NCBI GenBank assembly: GCA_951406725.2
Contig: OX597824.1
Coordinates: 48,236,001-48,300,000, forward strand
Source of the DNA: Octopus vulgaris
Taxonomy: Eukaryota
Length of the DNA: 64,000 nucleotides
Direction: 5' to 3'
Under the pieces are notes generated by a model. The model searched no databases. It was given only the letters and a program-made list of their open reading frames with translations, and had not been told where the DNA came from. Position numbers and translations under genes: made by a program. Positions 1 through 14,559 of this stretch are shown piece by piece. How positions within the stretch are numbered: the stretch's first letter is position 1; the number at the start of each line of letters is the position of its first letter.

Positions 1-232
1 GCCCGTCATATATATATGTGTGTGTGTATATGTTTGTGTCTGTGTTTGTCCCCCTCAACAACGCTTGACAACGGATGCTGGTATGTTTACGTCCCCGTAA
101 CTTAGCAGTTCGGCAAGAGACCGACAGAATAAGTACTAGGCTTACAAAGAATAAGTCCTAGGGTCGATTTGCTCGACTAAAGGCGGTGCTCCAGCATGGT
201 CACAGTCAAATGACTGAAACAAGAGTAAAGAG
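1..232 (+). mobile_element. Octopus-type SINE, 3' half with internal microsatellite
   Basis: Matches the recurrent SINE body seen elsewhere in the window (cttgacaac...gtccccgtaacttagc...ggtcgatttgctcgactaaaggcggtgctccagcatgg...tgactgaaac), e.g. 49536-50030. Confidence 0.85.
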
Positions 233-559
233 TGTGTGTATATATATATATATATGAGGAAGAGTTTGATGTAATGTGGAATTAATTTTCCCCATTCATT
301 TCCGTATAATAAAATGATAATGTATTCTTATCAATTTTTGTGTTTTGGAAAAAATAACCACCACCAAAAAATACAAGGAACACAACCACTTTGATGCATG
401 TAAACAATTTCTAAACATAGTACAATATGTATACATGAAAACAGTTGAAGATAAATAAGAATGTAATATTGTAATAGGTTATATTTTTACTACAAAAAAT
501 GTTTGTGTGAGGGCTACTGGGAGGATGAGGGACACTATCTACTAATACTTCATCATCAA

Positions 560-2095
560 CTTATCTAAAACTACTGTTTATGGTATATCATCTCTTTTTA
601 CCACACAGTGATAGAAAGAAGCTTATTGTAAATTCCGTGTAATTTTTGCTATGTTCATGACTAGGATAATTGAGAAAAAACTTGCAGACCTATAAATGCC
701 AACTCCTTGGCAATATTCTTTGCAGTTAATTTCAGTGGAGTTGGTGGAATTTCCTTATTCTCAACTTGCTTTGTCTATGGGACACTAGCAACTAAACCAT
801 ATCATCCTCAATGACTTCTTTAAATCCATCCTCATTTGCAAGTATTACAATATCTTTTTTTTCCAAATCTGATGTAGACATTATGTGTATGGAAAGCTTG
901 TAAAGCCACATATACAGTCTGGTCATATATTTTCCAAGCACCATTTTAAGTTTAGGGTTTCACTTCCTCCCATGATTCAGCAATGCTGTCCATAGCATCC
1001 ACTGAGTTGAACTTCCTCCAAAAGTTTCTTACAGTAGCTTTATTCTCCCATTTAACTGCTTTCATAAGTTATTAGAAAGTTCTCTGCTAATATGCATTGA
1101 AATGAGGTGTCACATCTTGATCCATTTGCTGGTGCAAATAAGTATTCATGAGGAAGCATTCTATCCTCACATTATTGGAAAACTCATTAAAGTTCACTGT
1201 GTAGCTTGGTACATTTGTTAAAAGGAGTAATGCTTTGTTGGAAATATGTGTGGCATTGTGTGACATTATACCTTCTTATAGCAGATCAAAAAATAATTGT
1301 AAACCACCCTCCAGAAAGGCATTTAGCTATATATACTTCCTTATTTGAACAGAAAAAGGGAGATTAAACTTTACACAATTCTCGAAAGCCCTTAGATTTT
1401 CAAAGTAATACTTAAATAGAGGATTTAATTTTGTATCACCAGCAGCATTTCCTCCCAGAAGAAGCACCGGATGATTTTTGGTGTTAGTTTTTTCTTCTTC
1501 AAGAAACAGAAATTCTAGCAGGTAATGCCTTTCCAGAAAAGTGCATTGTATATTTGCTCTGGTATGTAGCTCTCTTCTGCTGCTAAGGATAATTAGTAGC
1601 AGCCTTTGTATCAGCAGCAACTGTTTTATCAATCATTTTTGTGTTGTACAAATTCAAGTACTTCTTAAACCTTTAAAGCAAACCTTTACAAGCAAAAAAA
1701 AAATGGTTTTACATTAGAAGTTTTACCTAATATTTACTGCAAATTGTCATAAAGACTATTGTTTTGTTTTTCTTTAAATCACCATTATGACTATTGGTAA
1801 GAGATCCTTGATCTATACAGCCAGGAACTGTTCCATTTAAGTATGATATTAGATCTATGAAAAAATAAGTAGTAAAAGAAGCAGCTTCTACTTGACCTAA
1901 TTTTCTTTTCATTCTCATGTATTGTTCAAACTGTGAATGTTGTAAAGCTTTAAAGCTTTTGCAATCTAGTTGACATTTTTTCTCCTACATCAAACCTCTT
2001 TTAAAACTGCAAGTTTAATATCCAATGTAATCCTTTACTGTTTCTTTTTACACTTTTAGCTTCAGTTCCGCCTGATGGCTTCTTTCCAAACACCT
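560..2095 (-). mobile_element. Degenerate Tigger/pogo (CENP-B/DDE_1) transposase remnant
   Basis: Minus-strand fragments read ITLDIKLAVLK (HTH start, ~2030), LLLGGNAAGDTKLNPL..YFENLRAF (ORF 1327-1632) and FLMNTYLHQQMDQDVT..FNAY (~1095-1160). These match Tigger motifs LLLGGNAAGDFKLKP and QPMDQGVI..FKAYY. Many stops and frameshifts; boundaries approximate. Confidence 0.8.
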
Positions 2096-3706
2096 TGAAT
2101 TGCAGGTAAATTTAACAGCCAAAGTGATAATCAATTATCCACAACAAATATGCAGTAATAAATAGCACAAAGAAAGAACTATGTGTAACAGCAAAATATG
2201 TTGTCTTATGTAAGGATTTAAATGAGAAGATAAAAGGGTGAAGGATTGACGTGAGAGGAAATACTGTAAGATTATAGTTGAAGGGTCATCAGGTACATGA
2301 TACTACACCACTTGCACTTCTGACTTTAGCCACAAAAGCCAACCACACAAGCTGTCTCTCTCTTTCATACTGTTGTTTCACATACAAAATATGTAGCTAC
2401 AGACATTGCTATAATGCTGATACTATTATTGTTGTTTCAAGTTGCTTATTAAAAATTTGGTGGGTCAGTAGTGGTGGATTGTACTGGTTTTGGTAGGGAT
2501 TTTGTTGATGGTAGCAATGGTCATATTGTTCTTGTTAATTATATTGTTGTTTAAATGTGGTGTGGATAGTGATATTTATATACATGCACATACATGCATA
2601 TATTATGATTATAGTTTTTCAAATTGTTTACTACTTTGATCTCACCTAAAATGCCAAGAAACAAATTTTTGGCTAAGAAGAAAGTATGGTTTCATATGAG
2701 TTCCCACAAGGGTGAAATTACAAACTGCATCCCAAAGTAAGTGGCCATATATTATAATTTCTGTGACTGAAATTCTGTAATTTGTGATAACCATAAATGA
2801 GGGTTGTCAGTATGATACATACGTATAAACACAACATATATATATATGCAAACACACACACTTGCATATCATCATAATCATTAAATGTCTGTTCCATGCT
2901 GGCATGGTTTGGAAGATCTGATAGGATCTGAGGGGTCCAAGAACTGCATTATGTCCCTTTACCTATGATGGCTGGATGCCCCTCATAACACTAACCACTT
3001 TACAACACATGCACCTGGTGTCTTTTTTGCACCACCAGCACTAATGAGGTTGCCATGCTGCTTGCAAGACTGTTTCCTGAGAGAAGAGTTTATTTGTTAG
3101 GAGATAAGGTGTAAAGTATGAAAGAAGAGGGTCAAAGCAGAACAAGTTTCTTGCTACAAAGAAGGCCATAGAGCTACTATTATTTTAGAATAGATCAGGA
3201 GGGTGGGGTGGAGTGGGTAAAATTGTAAAATTTAGTTGAAGCATTTGTGTGGATCCTCAATGTACAAAGTGAGTAGAAGTGAACGGGGCAGAGGAACCAG
3301 AAATGTGGTGGTTGACAGTTGCAAAGGTGGATTGAACAAAGAGATGAGGGATGGGTGAGGCAGTGGATATAATGAATGAACAATAAATATTGAGTAGGGG
3401 AGGTAGAGAAGAGTAGGTGACAACTGCAGAGATTGAGTAAGGTTGAGGAATTGATGTAGTAAACGGTGGATAAGGGTTTGTGGCGACCACTAACAGGGTG
3501 AGCAGCAAAATAGTAATGGACTTGGTGGGGTGGGTAATGCAAAATGAGGGTGGAGAGGACAGTTTTAAGGAAGGATTAGAGATGGATATCAAGTAAAATG
3601 ATTTCAGACAGTGAGAAAAGTTAGCAGTATCAAGGAAAGGCTGCAGTTAGAGGTATGAAGGGTGGTGGAAGTGTCTCAGTGAGGAAATTTGAGTTAAGGG
3701 TCTAGT

Positions 3707-3768
<62 letters not shown>

Positions 3769-3834
3769 TGAACAGTGCTTCTGAACCCTAGTTTCTTGGA
3801 GTTGGGAGTTTCTTATTGGGAATCAAATATCACA

Positions 3835-3985
3835 AGTCAGTGTGGTCCCTTGTCATCTCCTCCATGAGTTTCAAGATCCTGAGATCAGCCTTTCATCCCA
3901 TGTATTCTGGGTCTTCCTCTCCAGCAAGATCTATTCACAGTAAGTGATCAGCACTTCTTTATATGGCCATATACATCACATCTGA
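3835..3985 (-). mobile_element. RTE-type LINE 3' fragment, highly decayed
   Basis: Minus strand gives RGRPR...DLRILKLMEEMTRD-like C-terminal RTE motifs with frameshifts. Confidence 0.5.
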
Positions 3986-4802
3986 CTCCTCTTATGACCA
4001 GTTTTTCTCTCAGCACATTTCTACTATGAACATGCACACTTACACATATGTGTGATCACACAATATCAAAAGCACAGGTTCCACTGGTTCACAGAGAGCA
4101 GGTGGACTCAAGCAGTTGCTGAATGGTATCCAAGAAACCAGAAAGGTCTACTTGGAAAGGTTGTCATGATGATGGGAAGATGATTTAGTTAAAAGAGGAA
4201 GGCTAGGAGGCCAAACTTTGAAGTCACTGTCACTACTATTCTTCTAAATGTATAAAAAGTACTCTAAAAAAAAGTATTGAGTATTCCATCAATTTAATGT
4301 TAAACTGTTTTTATTATAACTCAATAACAAAAAAGCATTAATATATATGTACACACAGAAAAGTGGGCTTTAAAAGAATGATTATATATACATACATATA
4401 TTAGCAACACATCACTAAAACACACAAGCAGTACTCACATCAAAAAATTTAATATGTGACTGCTTACTTAGAAGCTTTATGTTAGAAAAATTGGGGCAGT
4501 AACCCTCCATAATTTGACTATAATAAAACAAAATTAACATGTGATTGCTGATGTGGAAACTTAATACTCAAAATTCTTGACAGTAAATTCTACATAAATT
4601 TCACTACAATAAAAGAGGCAATAAATACAGAGCTAAGTATATTTTATATCCTGATGATGAGACTGTGAAAGTATAGAAATGTTAGTTATGGATCTAGGAA
4701 TTTTACTGTTCTAAACAGACTGCAAGAAACTTTCACAGAAATATGAAAAAGCATTAATTAAAAATGTAACAACTTGAACATAACTATTTTTAATAAAATG
4801 TT

Positions 4803-4806
4803 TGTA

Positions 4807-4856
<50 letters not shown>

Positions 4857-4857
4857 T

Positions 4858-4893
<36 letters not shown>

Positions 4894-5027
4894 GAATAGA
4901 TATGTATGTGTGTATATATATATATAAAAATAGATATGTGTGTATATATATATATAAGATATGTATGTGTGTATATATATATATATATAAATAGATATGT
5001 ATGTGTGTATATAAATATATAAGATAT

Positions 5028-5068
<41 letters not shown>

Positions 5069-5242
5069 TGTATGTGTGTATATAAATATATATATATATA
5101 AATAGATATGTATGTGTGTATATAAATATATATATATATATATAAATAGATATGTATGTGTGTATATAAATATATATATATATAAATAGATATGTATGTG
5201 TGTATATAAATATATATATATATAAATAGATATGTATGTGTG

Positions 5243-5293
<51 letters not shown>

Positions 5294-5325
5294 GATATGT
5301 ATGTGTGTGTGTATATATATATATC
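4803..5325. repeat. Compound minisatellite: unit (TA)n-aatagatatgtatgtgtg repeated more than ten times
   Basis: Directly visible repeated anchor 'agatatgtatgtgtgtata' separated by variable (TA)n. Confidence 0.95.
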
Positions 5326-5821
5326 ATTATGTATATATTATCATCATTATACTTGACCCTTTATCATTGAGATTACAGTCAGATGTAATGCTTATTTATT
5401 CACATTGTTTTGAATTAACCATGCATTACCTTGTAGCTTCAACACTTCAAAGATGTGCCTGTTTAATTTTACAGTAACATTGTAGGATAGTGTGAGAGGC
5501 TGGATCTGGCTAGTTTAAATGCTAAAGGGTTAATAATGTCCATCTTCCATGCTGACACAACTTGGGAAGTTTGATAGGGTCCAATAAGGACAACTTTAGG
5601 CTTGAACATCTGATTTAGCACGGTTTCTATAGCTGGATATCCTCCCCAATCTGAACCACTTCACAGAATGTACTAGGTGCTTTTTCTGTGGCACCAGCAT
5701 TGGTGAGGTTGTCATGCCACTGACAAAGCCAAGATACAGCTGACTGAATAGGAATATAGTAGAGAGGGAAGTGACTATTTGCAAGGTTTTGAGATATACA
5801 TACATAGCTACACACACGTGA

Positions 5822-5878
<57 letters not shown>

Positions 5879-6579
5879 TATATACTCACACACACATACA
5901 TAATCTATTTGATGGGCTGCTACAGTTACACTAAAGATGTAACTCAAAAGTTTCAGCCCTGTCACATATTGTCATGCTGATTCTGCCTGAGAATTACGTT
6001 TAGGGTACACACCTGATGAATATTCATCCACATATATTAATCTAATGAACCTGAGAGTTTAGTTGTTTGAATAAATGAACATTCAATTATGGGTGAAAAT
6101 TCTAACCACAACATCTAATTTATTTGATTTTATATATGCAAGAGAGTGAGAGGAGAGTGACAGGTGGCTAGAGATGAATATGTGAAAGATATTCAAATAT
6201 GTATATACACACATGGGCACATATGTTTCATATATATATACCATCTGTTTTCCATTAGTCTGACCCTAGGCCTACATGAGAGGCTGCACAGGCCCATCCT
6301 TTTTACCTATCAACATACTAACTCCACCCTGTTGTACTTGCTTCCTGTACTTTACTACATGTTAGCACACTCACTCTTGGGTCCCCATATTTGAACGGGT
6401 TTGACAAAATTCATCAAGGTAGATTTTGTAAGGACGAAATACTATTCTTGTTGGAAATCCTCACTTGTTCTCATGCATGGTAATATTTCCCCAAGCCTGG
6501 ACATAGAAGATAATAAAGGAACATTGCTTACTTGAGGATGGTACTTTTATATAATTAACACATGATACCAAGCAGGAAG

Positions 6580-6618
<39 letters not shown>

Positions 6619-7065
6619 CACGCACAACAATTTTTTAGTTTCTATCTACCAAATTTGCATGCAAGTTTTTGGTCAGTCAGATCTATAATAATGACTCTTA
6701 CAGTACCTGAAGCTATGTAGTTAGAAGCGAACAGCTTAACAACAGTCACAGATGTGCCAAACCATACCTGCTTATATATATATTTGGGGTGGGAACCAGA
6801 AATCTGAAGGGCATTCTATACAAATTAAATATATCTGTAAAGCAACTGGCTTTGTTTTATAGAATTTAATGTCTGAGCAGAGAAACGTATCTTTTGCTAA
6901 TTCATAAATAACTCTTCTGAAACAAAATATTTTGCAGAGGAATTAGCTATGATTTAACGAAAGCAGGACTTCTTTACTAAAACATCAAATCTGTAAAATA
7001 AAACTATACATGCATCTAGATATAAACATGTGTCTGTAGGTATATACACATATTTCTGCATCTAT

Positions 7066-7407
7066 ATTCTTTTACTGGTTTGTCATTTGACTATGGCCAT
7101 GCTGGAGCACCGCCTTTAGTCGAACAAATCGACCCCAGACATATTCTTTGTAAGCTTAGTATTCTATCGGTCTCTCTCGCTGAACCGATATGTTACGGGG
7201 ACGTAAACATACCAACATCGGTTAAGTGATGGAGGGGGGTACAAACACAGACACGCACACACATACGACGGGCTTCTTTCAGTATCCGTCAACGAAATCC
7301 ACTTACAAGGCTTTGGTTGGTCTGAGGCTATAGAAGACACTTGCCACGCAGTGGGACTGAACCCGGAACCATGTTGTTGGGAAGCAGGCTTCTCACCATA
7401 CAGCCAT
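7066..7407 (-). mobile_element. Octopus-type SINE, near full length
   Basis: Reverse complement of the element at 49536-50030, including its 5' head (ggcgcagg..tggctgt..tggt...ggttccgggttcagtcccactgcgtggca). Confidence 0.9.
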
Positions 7408-7787
7408 TCCTGCGCCTATATATGTATATTAAATACAGTTATACTTACATACCTACATATCTATCGATCTATCTATATACACATATTTTGGGAGGTGACA
7501 AATTTACACGATCAAAGCCAGGACACTATAAAGAGGCCTTCAGGCAAAACAAAATGTATTGTCTTACTCATGGTTATGAATTAAACAACCCCTATCTTTC
7601 TATCTACATGTATAACCATATTGATATCCAGTTCTATGTATGTCTTACACGATGATCCACACACACATAAATATACATACATATTACATTTTGTTTATGC
7701 CTATTTTTATGCGTATAGGCACATTTTAAACACCTACATCTCTCCCACCACCGCATATATCTATATGTATTAATTTAAAGAATATAA

Positions 7788-7857
<70 letters not shown>

Positions 7858-9222
7858 GTCTGTGTGTTGTGCCCGCAAACGCGTATTTTTATTCTATCCG
7901 TAGGAATAGTCATAATGCTTTTCCTTGATTTGTTTTTTAATGAAGTTCAAAAATTATTCTTACAAAAAAAAAAAAAAAAGGACACGAATCTTGGCAAATG
8001 AGTAATGTTAATTATCGCAAATCCCGTCAGTAAGTCAATAATGAAAGTAGCATTACTAAAGTACAGTTGATTAAAACGACAACCAACCATACCCTATAAG
8101 TAATTTTATACAAGAGCCAACGAATGAGACTGTGTAATGAATTGACGAGCTAGAAATAGCAGCCAAATTTCCTTCAAACCACACTTTATATGTATATATA
8201 AAGCCAAGGACACCTTATATAATGCAGTCCTCGAAACACTGTTTTAAAAGCTAAGACAAGATAGTTCCTGCTGGAATGCTTAGAGTTGTATATCAAGGCT
8301 GACCTAGGGCCAATCAGTTATATATATAATTATTTAAACGTCCATTTTCCAATGCTTGCATGAGTTGGACAGAGTTTTCACTTTCACTGGGGCAGAATTT
8401 TTTTCTATAGACAGATGCCCTTCATATCTCCATTCCGAACCTGTTTTCACGGAAGGTAATACATTCCCATGGCTAGACATGCTTTTGTAGAATAACTGCA
8501 AATGATGACACTGTCGCACATTGCGTGTGTGACAGTGATACTCATATACATCTTATCACGCGATATCAAGACAAGAGCGCACACAAACACACACATATAG
8601 ATGACAGTTTGACAATTTTCTTTTAGTTTCCGTCTTTGGTCGACTCGAAACTATAGGAGGAACTTAACCAAGGTATCACGAAGTGAGACTGTACCCCCGA
8701 AACCATGTGATTGGGTAGCAAATTCCACAACCACACGGCCACGCTTACACCTATATATATATATATAATTTGTAAAATAAACATAAATCCGAAAGTAGCA
8801 CATTCTAATATGTAAAGCAGTATATATTAAAATTAAATCCCATAAACCGGCCTTCCCCATTATATATATACGAACAACATTGGGTAAAGAGAGCACTTAA
8901 TAGTTGGATAATGTTTATATTTTATGAGAATTAAATCTCCGAGTCACGACTTAGGTTTTAACCTCCAATGAACTGTATATTATATACATACATTATATAT
9001 AAAACACACACACAAATTGTCTTGAGTAAAATAATCGAGAGAACAACACACATGGCATTAATCCCGAATTGCTACTACTTTAAATATTAGTGCTTACACA
9101 ACTGGATATGGTGTGAAGGCCACATCATCAGGTTTTATACTCTACATACGACACACATGTAATAAATAAATATTCGTAGAATAAATATTGGTTATCGTTA
9201 TTAGAAGTAATAATTGTATTAC

Positions 9223-9433
9223 CTTTCGTTTTTTGTGTGTTATATATATGGTTTTAGCTGTTGTTCATCCAGCAGAGTTGTTGTATAAGGATTTAAGTGT
9301 AAACGGAAAAAATAATCCACAAACTTGTTGGTTAAAAATTGCTAATCCAGTTGTTCTTGAGGTTTACATATGTATAGAAAGTTTGGTGATGTTAGAATCG
9401 GAAGAGGTACACAATAACGAAATAGCCGAGAAA
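9223..9433 (-). other. Candidate non-coding (5' UTR) exon, 211 nt
   Basis: Minus-strand acceptor tctttgcttgttcacag| at 9434 and donor cgaaag|gtaata at 9223/9222; unique, non-repeat sequence. Confidence 0.5.
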
Positions 9434-9728
9434 CTGTGAACAAGCAAAGATAAAATATACATATTAAATACCAGCAATAATTAAATCCTATATTTAGAAA
9501 AGAGTGAATAGTAGACACATGTACGGCATATAATTAACACATATATACGATATACAATTTGCACACACAAACACATTACACAAACGTATATACATATATA
9601 TAAATCGCTCACTAGATGTACACTCGCATAAAGATGTACACGCAATATATACATATAACATATATATAAATTCTACATGAACTGAGCCAAACGTATCTAT
9701 GTATGTACATATGAGTGTAAATAAATAA

Positions 9729-9773
<45 letters not shown>

Positions 9774-10250
9774 TGAACAAATAAATAATTGTATACATTT
9801 ACGTGTGTATGTTGAAAGACAGCTTTTGCGAACTCCACTACTATTGAAACCTGCTTTCACTTATATTTCTGCCACTACTATTTCAAACAAAAATATATTC
9901 GTAATTGTTTTTTTTTTCCTCTCTCTCTTTATTTCGTGCTTTTCGCCCCCACCTTCTCTCCTAATACAAAAATCGGTTCCCTTATAATTATTGCTGTCAT
10001 TCTTAATTTACAAAACACATTTTAAATTAATTATTTTTTCTTTTCCCCTCTGATACTAATTCCTTTGAGGGTGGAGGTGGTCATAATAAACAAATAATCA
10101 TTTATCAGAGCAAAAAAAAAAAAAAAAAAAAAAAAGAAAACGCCACCCCGCACCACCACAAAATGCTACTGTCATTAGATAATTACTTCATTTTTCTCTT
10201 ACTTATTATTATTATAGTTGTTGCGGTAAATAAAATTAAGTAATTTTTAC

Positions 10251-10492
10251 CTTTCGCTGTAACTTTGCCACACACAGTTTATAAGAAAGCTTTCTCTCTA
10301 ACAATTACCGACTCACCGGGTGCACGTGACATGCATCTACTCGCTGTTGATTGGTCGACGCGACTCCTACCTTATTTGCATATGTAGTGTTGGGTGTTCG
10401 GTGCTGGTATCGTAATAGTCGTAGCCTCAATAGAGCTTACTACATTAACGATGCTACTAAATAGTATTGAGGCCAGTTAGAAACTGACGTCA
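10251..10492 (-). promoter_or_regulatory. Putative promoter plus first exon of a gene transcribed leftwards
   Basis: Clustered motifs in CpG-containing unique DNA: CRE TGACGTCA 10485-10492, octamer ATTTGCAT 10374-10381, CCAAT box (GATTGG 10349-10354), E-box CACGTGAC 10323-10330. Minus-strand donor cgaaag|gtaaaa at 10251/10250. Confidence 0.55.
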
Positions 10493-11359
10493 TTTTATAT
10501 CCCAATGCCTCTGTCTGCATCTCTCTCGCCACATTTAAACATTTCTATTGCCCTCGCATCATCTTTCTTTCTCTTCTCCATCATTACACGCACACACTCT
10601 CTCTCTGTCTCAGTATATTTGTAATGGATGACTACATGTGCGCTACATCATCATTTCTACTAATGTGTTAGATTATGAGTGAGCAACTATAAACAAACGT
10701 TATGTAGAGAAGAAGCGCTTCAAACGACTGAAGACTGTCACAAGAGCCTTCCATTCACTCCTCTGGATTATTATAACACTGTTTATCAGAAGACCTGAAG
10801 GGAAAATACATACACACATACATAGATATATGTTATATACTTATATACATACATATAAATTGTGCGTATATATGTATGTACACACACACACACACACACA
10901 CATACATGTATAATGTGTTTATATGTACATTTTGTACGGTTTGTATAGTATAGAGAGAGGGTGTGGGAGAATAAAAGGGAGATCCAGAGAGAGCTGACGT
11001 ACGAGGGGCAGGCTGTGTCTTACAACTTCGAAAAATACACATTTTAAAATAAAACTTTGCAGAGGTAGGTTTTCGGAGGGGATTGCCATTATACCGATAA
11101 AAATTTTTTTAAATAATTATATATATCTGGTTAAAAATATACAAACGAGAAATCTGTTTCATTTGATTTAATTTCAAGTAAATTTTTATATAAACACTAA
11201 AAAATTTTATATTAATTATAATTATTGTATGTATGTTATATTTTGTAATATTATTCATGATGGCAAAAGCACCTGTCATTTAACAGTAGGTATATGTGCA
11301 TATATATAAAAAATATAATTATGTATGTATATATTGTATCATATATTAATATTATTTAT

Positions 11360-11903
11360 TCCCATTGCGTGGCACCTTTGGCAAGTGTCTTATACTATAG
11401 CCATGGGCTGACCAAACAAAGCCTTGTGAGTGGATTTGGTAGACGGAAACTGAGGTAAGTCCGTCGTATATATGTTCTTTTACTTGTCTCAGTCATTTGA
11501 CTTTGGCCATGCTGGGGTACCGTCTTTAGTCCAGCAAATCGACCCCAGGACTTATTCTTTGTAAGTCTAGTACTTATTCTATCGGTTGTTTTTGCCGAAC
11601 CGCTAATCACAGGGACGTAAACACACCAGCATTGGTTGTCAAACGATGTTGGGGGAACAGACATAGACACACAAACATATACACACACATATATGTGTGT
11701 TTGTGTGTCTGTGTTTGTCTCTATAAAATCGCTTGACAACCGATGTTGGTGTGTTTACGTCCCCATAATCTAGCGGTTCGGCAAAAAGAGACTGATAGAA
11801 TAAGTATTAGGCTTACAAAGAATAAGTCCTGGAGTCGATTTGTTCGAAGAAAGGCGGTGCTCCAGCATGGCCGCAGTCAAAAGACTGAAACAAATAAAAG
11901 AAT
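11360..11903. mobile_element. SINE (+) with an inverted SINE 3' half inserted in its internal microsatellite
   Basis: 5' part + (11360-11470), reverse-complement 3' half (~11475-11680), then the forward 3' half (~11700-11903). Confidence 0.85.
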
Positions 11904-11997
<94 letters not shown>

Positions 11998-12015
11998 TAC
12001 ATATATGTATGTATG

Positions 12016-12046
<31 letters not shown>

Positions 12047-13010
12047 AGCGAGACGAACATCGACTCATGAGAATGAGTGATTGATGCACCTCGCATTTTT
12101 TAAAGCTTGTCAATGCCGTACATCCGATTGACACCCCCTTAAACGAAATTCATACTTCGATATACAGGAATACAATGAATAGAGCATTCACCGGTACTAC
12201 GGATTCTTGATGGGCTGCATAAAAATTCTGTATACGCAACTGAAACAGCATTAGATTAAAATCCCCATGTGTGTATCACACTAAATGTATTGTTGTGAGG
12301 CGTCGTTTGTGTATTTGATATTGGTGGCAAACGAAAATGTCTTTCTAAGGCTGCACGTAAAAGTGATTAACAATACTCATGAACGATTAACAGAAGCTTT
12401 ATTTACTACATATAGTGTTCTATGTGTTGGTCTTTGGATGAAAAGTAACAACGACAATTACACACCAGTGGACACAATTGGGATCTCCGACAATCTAACT
12501 GATATCTAGCAATCTGTGGTTGGCTCATCACAATTGGAAAATAATTGCGCTATATTAACGACGACAAAAACTGCCATAAGAATGGAAATGTCAAGCGACT
12601 GTCTCAGAATTCTACGAGTAGCTGCTTACAATCAAGAGTTACCACAAAACACCACTTTTGTATTGGGTTCAGTGAGAGCATTGTAGAATGTTAGTTAATT
12701 GGCGATCACGTGAAACGACTGTTGTTAAACAGTGATGTCTATTCAGCTATCTAGCGATTCAGTTTTGAATCTGCTATTGCATACGCATCATTAAAAGGTA
12801 TGATACAGAGAAATTGTCTGAGATGAAATCTCCTGACAGACTTCTATTAAAAACATAATATTTCAGAACGAGACGAAAATTGACGCTGCTGGTCGATTTT
12901 CGCCTGCAACTGGTATATTTTTGCTTTTAAACGCAGTAAGCCCATTTGTTATCTTCTCTGGACAAATACTGTACTTAATTCGCCTTTGGTGATATATAAT
13001 ATATATACAT

Positions 13011-13111
13011 ATTCTTTTACTTGTTTCAGTCAGTTGACTGCGGCCATGCTGGAGCACCGCCTTTAGTCGAACAAATCGACCCCAGGACTTATTCTTTGTA
13101 AGCTTAGTACT

Positions 13112-13115
<4 letters not shown>
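13011..13115 (-). mobile_element. SINE 3' end fragment
   Basis: ttcttttacttgtttcagtc...ggccatgctggagcaccgcctttagtcgaac matches the reverse complement of the SINE tail. Confidence 0.85.
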
Positions 13116-13150
<35 letters not shown>

Positions 13151-13430
13151 TGTATATATATATATATACGAGTGTGTGCGTGCGCGCGTGCGTGTGTAAA
13201 TAATATTATATTACATATAATATATGCATATGTATGTGTATGTATGTGTCTGTGCGCGCGCGCGTGTGCATGTCTGTGCACATTTTAAATCGTGGAGTCC
13301 TAAATAAGGCCTAAAAACCTTCTTAGAAAGTATTATTGAGTTATACATGGTCGGGGCCAATAATGACCAAAACCTATAATGGTATACACACATACACACA
13401 CGCACGTGTGTGTGTATGTATGTATGTTCA

Positions 13431-13481
<51 letters not shown>

Positions 13482-13491
13482 CTATATATAT

Positions 13492-14559
13492 GTACTTGAA
13501 ATGTCAGGTTCGACCTCCTCCTGGCTTGCGAAAGTTATGTCCCCCAAATGATTCTGCAAACTACGAAACAAATGGTAGTCTGAAGGAACAAGGGCGGGAG
13601 AATAAGGTGGACAAGAAATTTTTTCCCAACCAAGCTCTTCGATCTTCTTTGCAGTGTGGGGACGCGCATTTTCCTAATGAAACATCACTCCTTTTCGATT
13701 CACTAAAGCGGGTCTTTTTTTTTTTCAAAGCTTGTTTCAAACGCTCTAATTGCTGACAGTAAACTTGAGCATTGATTGTTGCATTAGGTGGTAACAAGTG
13801 AATTACTCCTTTGCAATTCCACCAGATAGAGAGAAGAACCTTTTCCCCATGAAGTTCCCTTCTCAGTTGTGATTGAGCTTTTTCCCTTTTACCAAGCCAC
13901 TATTTACGACATTTAACATTTCGATAGAAGATCCATTTTTCGTCACCAGTCACAAGTCTATCAAAAAAGGATGAAATGAGTTCGCGAGAATGGAGAGAAG
14001 AGCAGATGTCAACTCGGGATTTGCGGTTGCTTTCGGACAATTTATGAGGCACTCACTTTCCAAGTTTAGGAACCTTTCCAAGTTGCTGAAGATGCCGATG
14101 AACAGTTGTATGGTTTGAACTGAGCCTTATTGCCAATTCTTCAATTGATAATGCCTCAAGGAGATTATCATCAAACTCAACTAGGCGTCCTGTTTGATCT
14201 CCATCTTTAAGGTTGAAATCTCCACTTCTGAATTTTGTAAACCATCTTCTGCAATATTTCTTTCATTCAAGTATTCTTTCCCATAAACTGAGTGTATGTT
14301 TCGAGTCGCTTTGACTGCAGAGTTTCCTTTTTGTACTCATAAAGCATTATGTGCCTCAAATGCTCTTTGGATACTTCCATGTTAGAAAGGGTTTTAATCA
14401 AAGAAATTTTAATTCTGTTATTCAGTAAAATAATATTTAATTAGTTTAAATGTACACATATGCATAAAAATAATTTTTAATTCCATTAGACATTCTAAAA
14501 TACTATTAAATTTCATTCAATTTTAAAAAAAGGTAAAATGGGACAGAACTTATGGGATG

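Noticed and set aside
4645-4700. CTGATGA...GAAA hammerhead-like string
   Set aside because: Stems I and III do not pair convincingly; at best a very old remnant.
4758-5327. 189-aa ORF and the many other YI/HT/CV-rich ORFs
   Set aside because: Translations of (TA)n, (CA)n and (TATG)n microsatellites; no coding signal.
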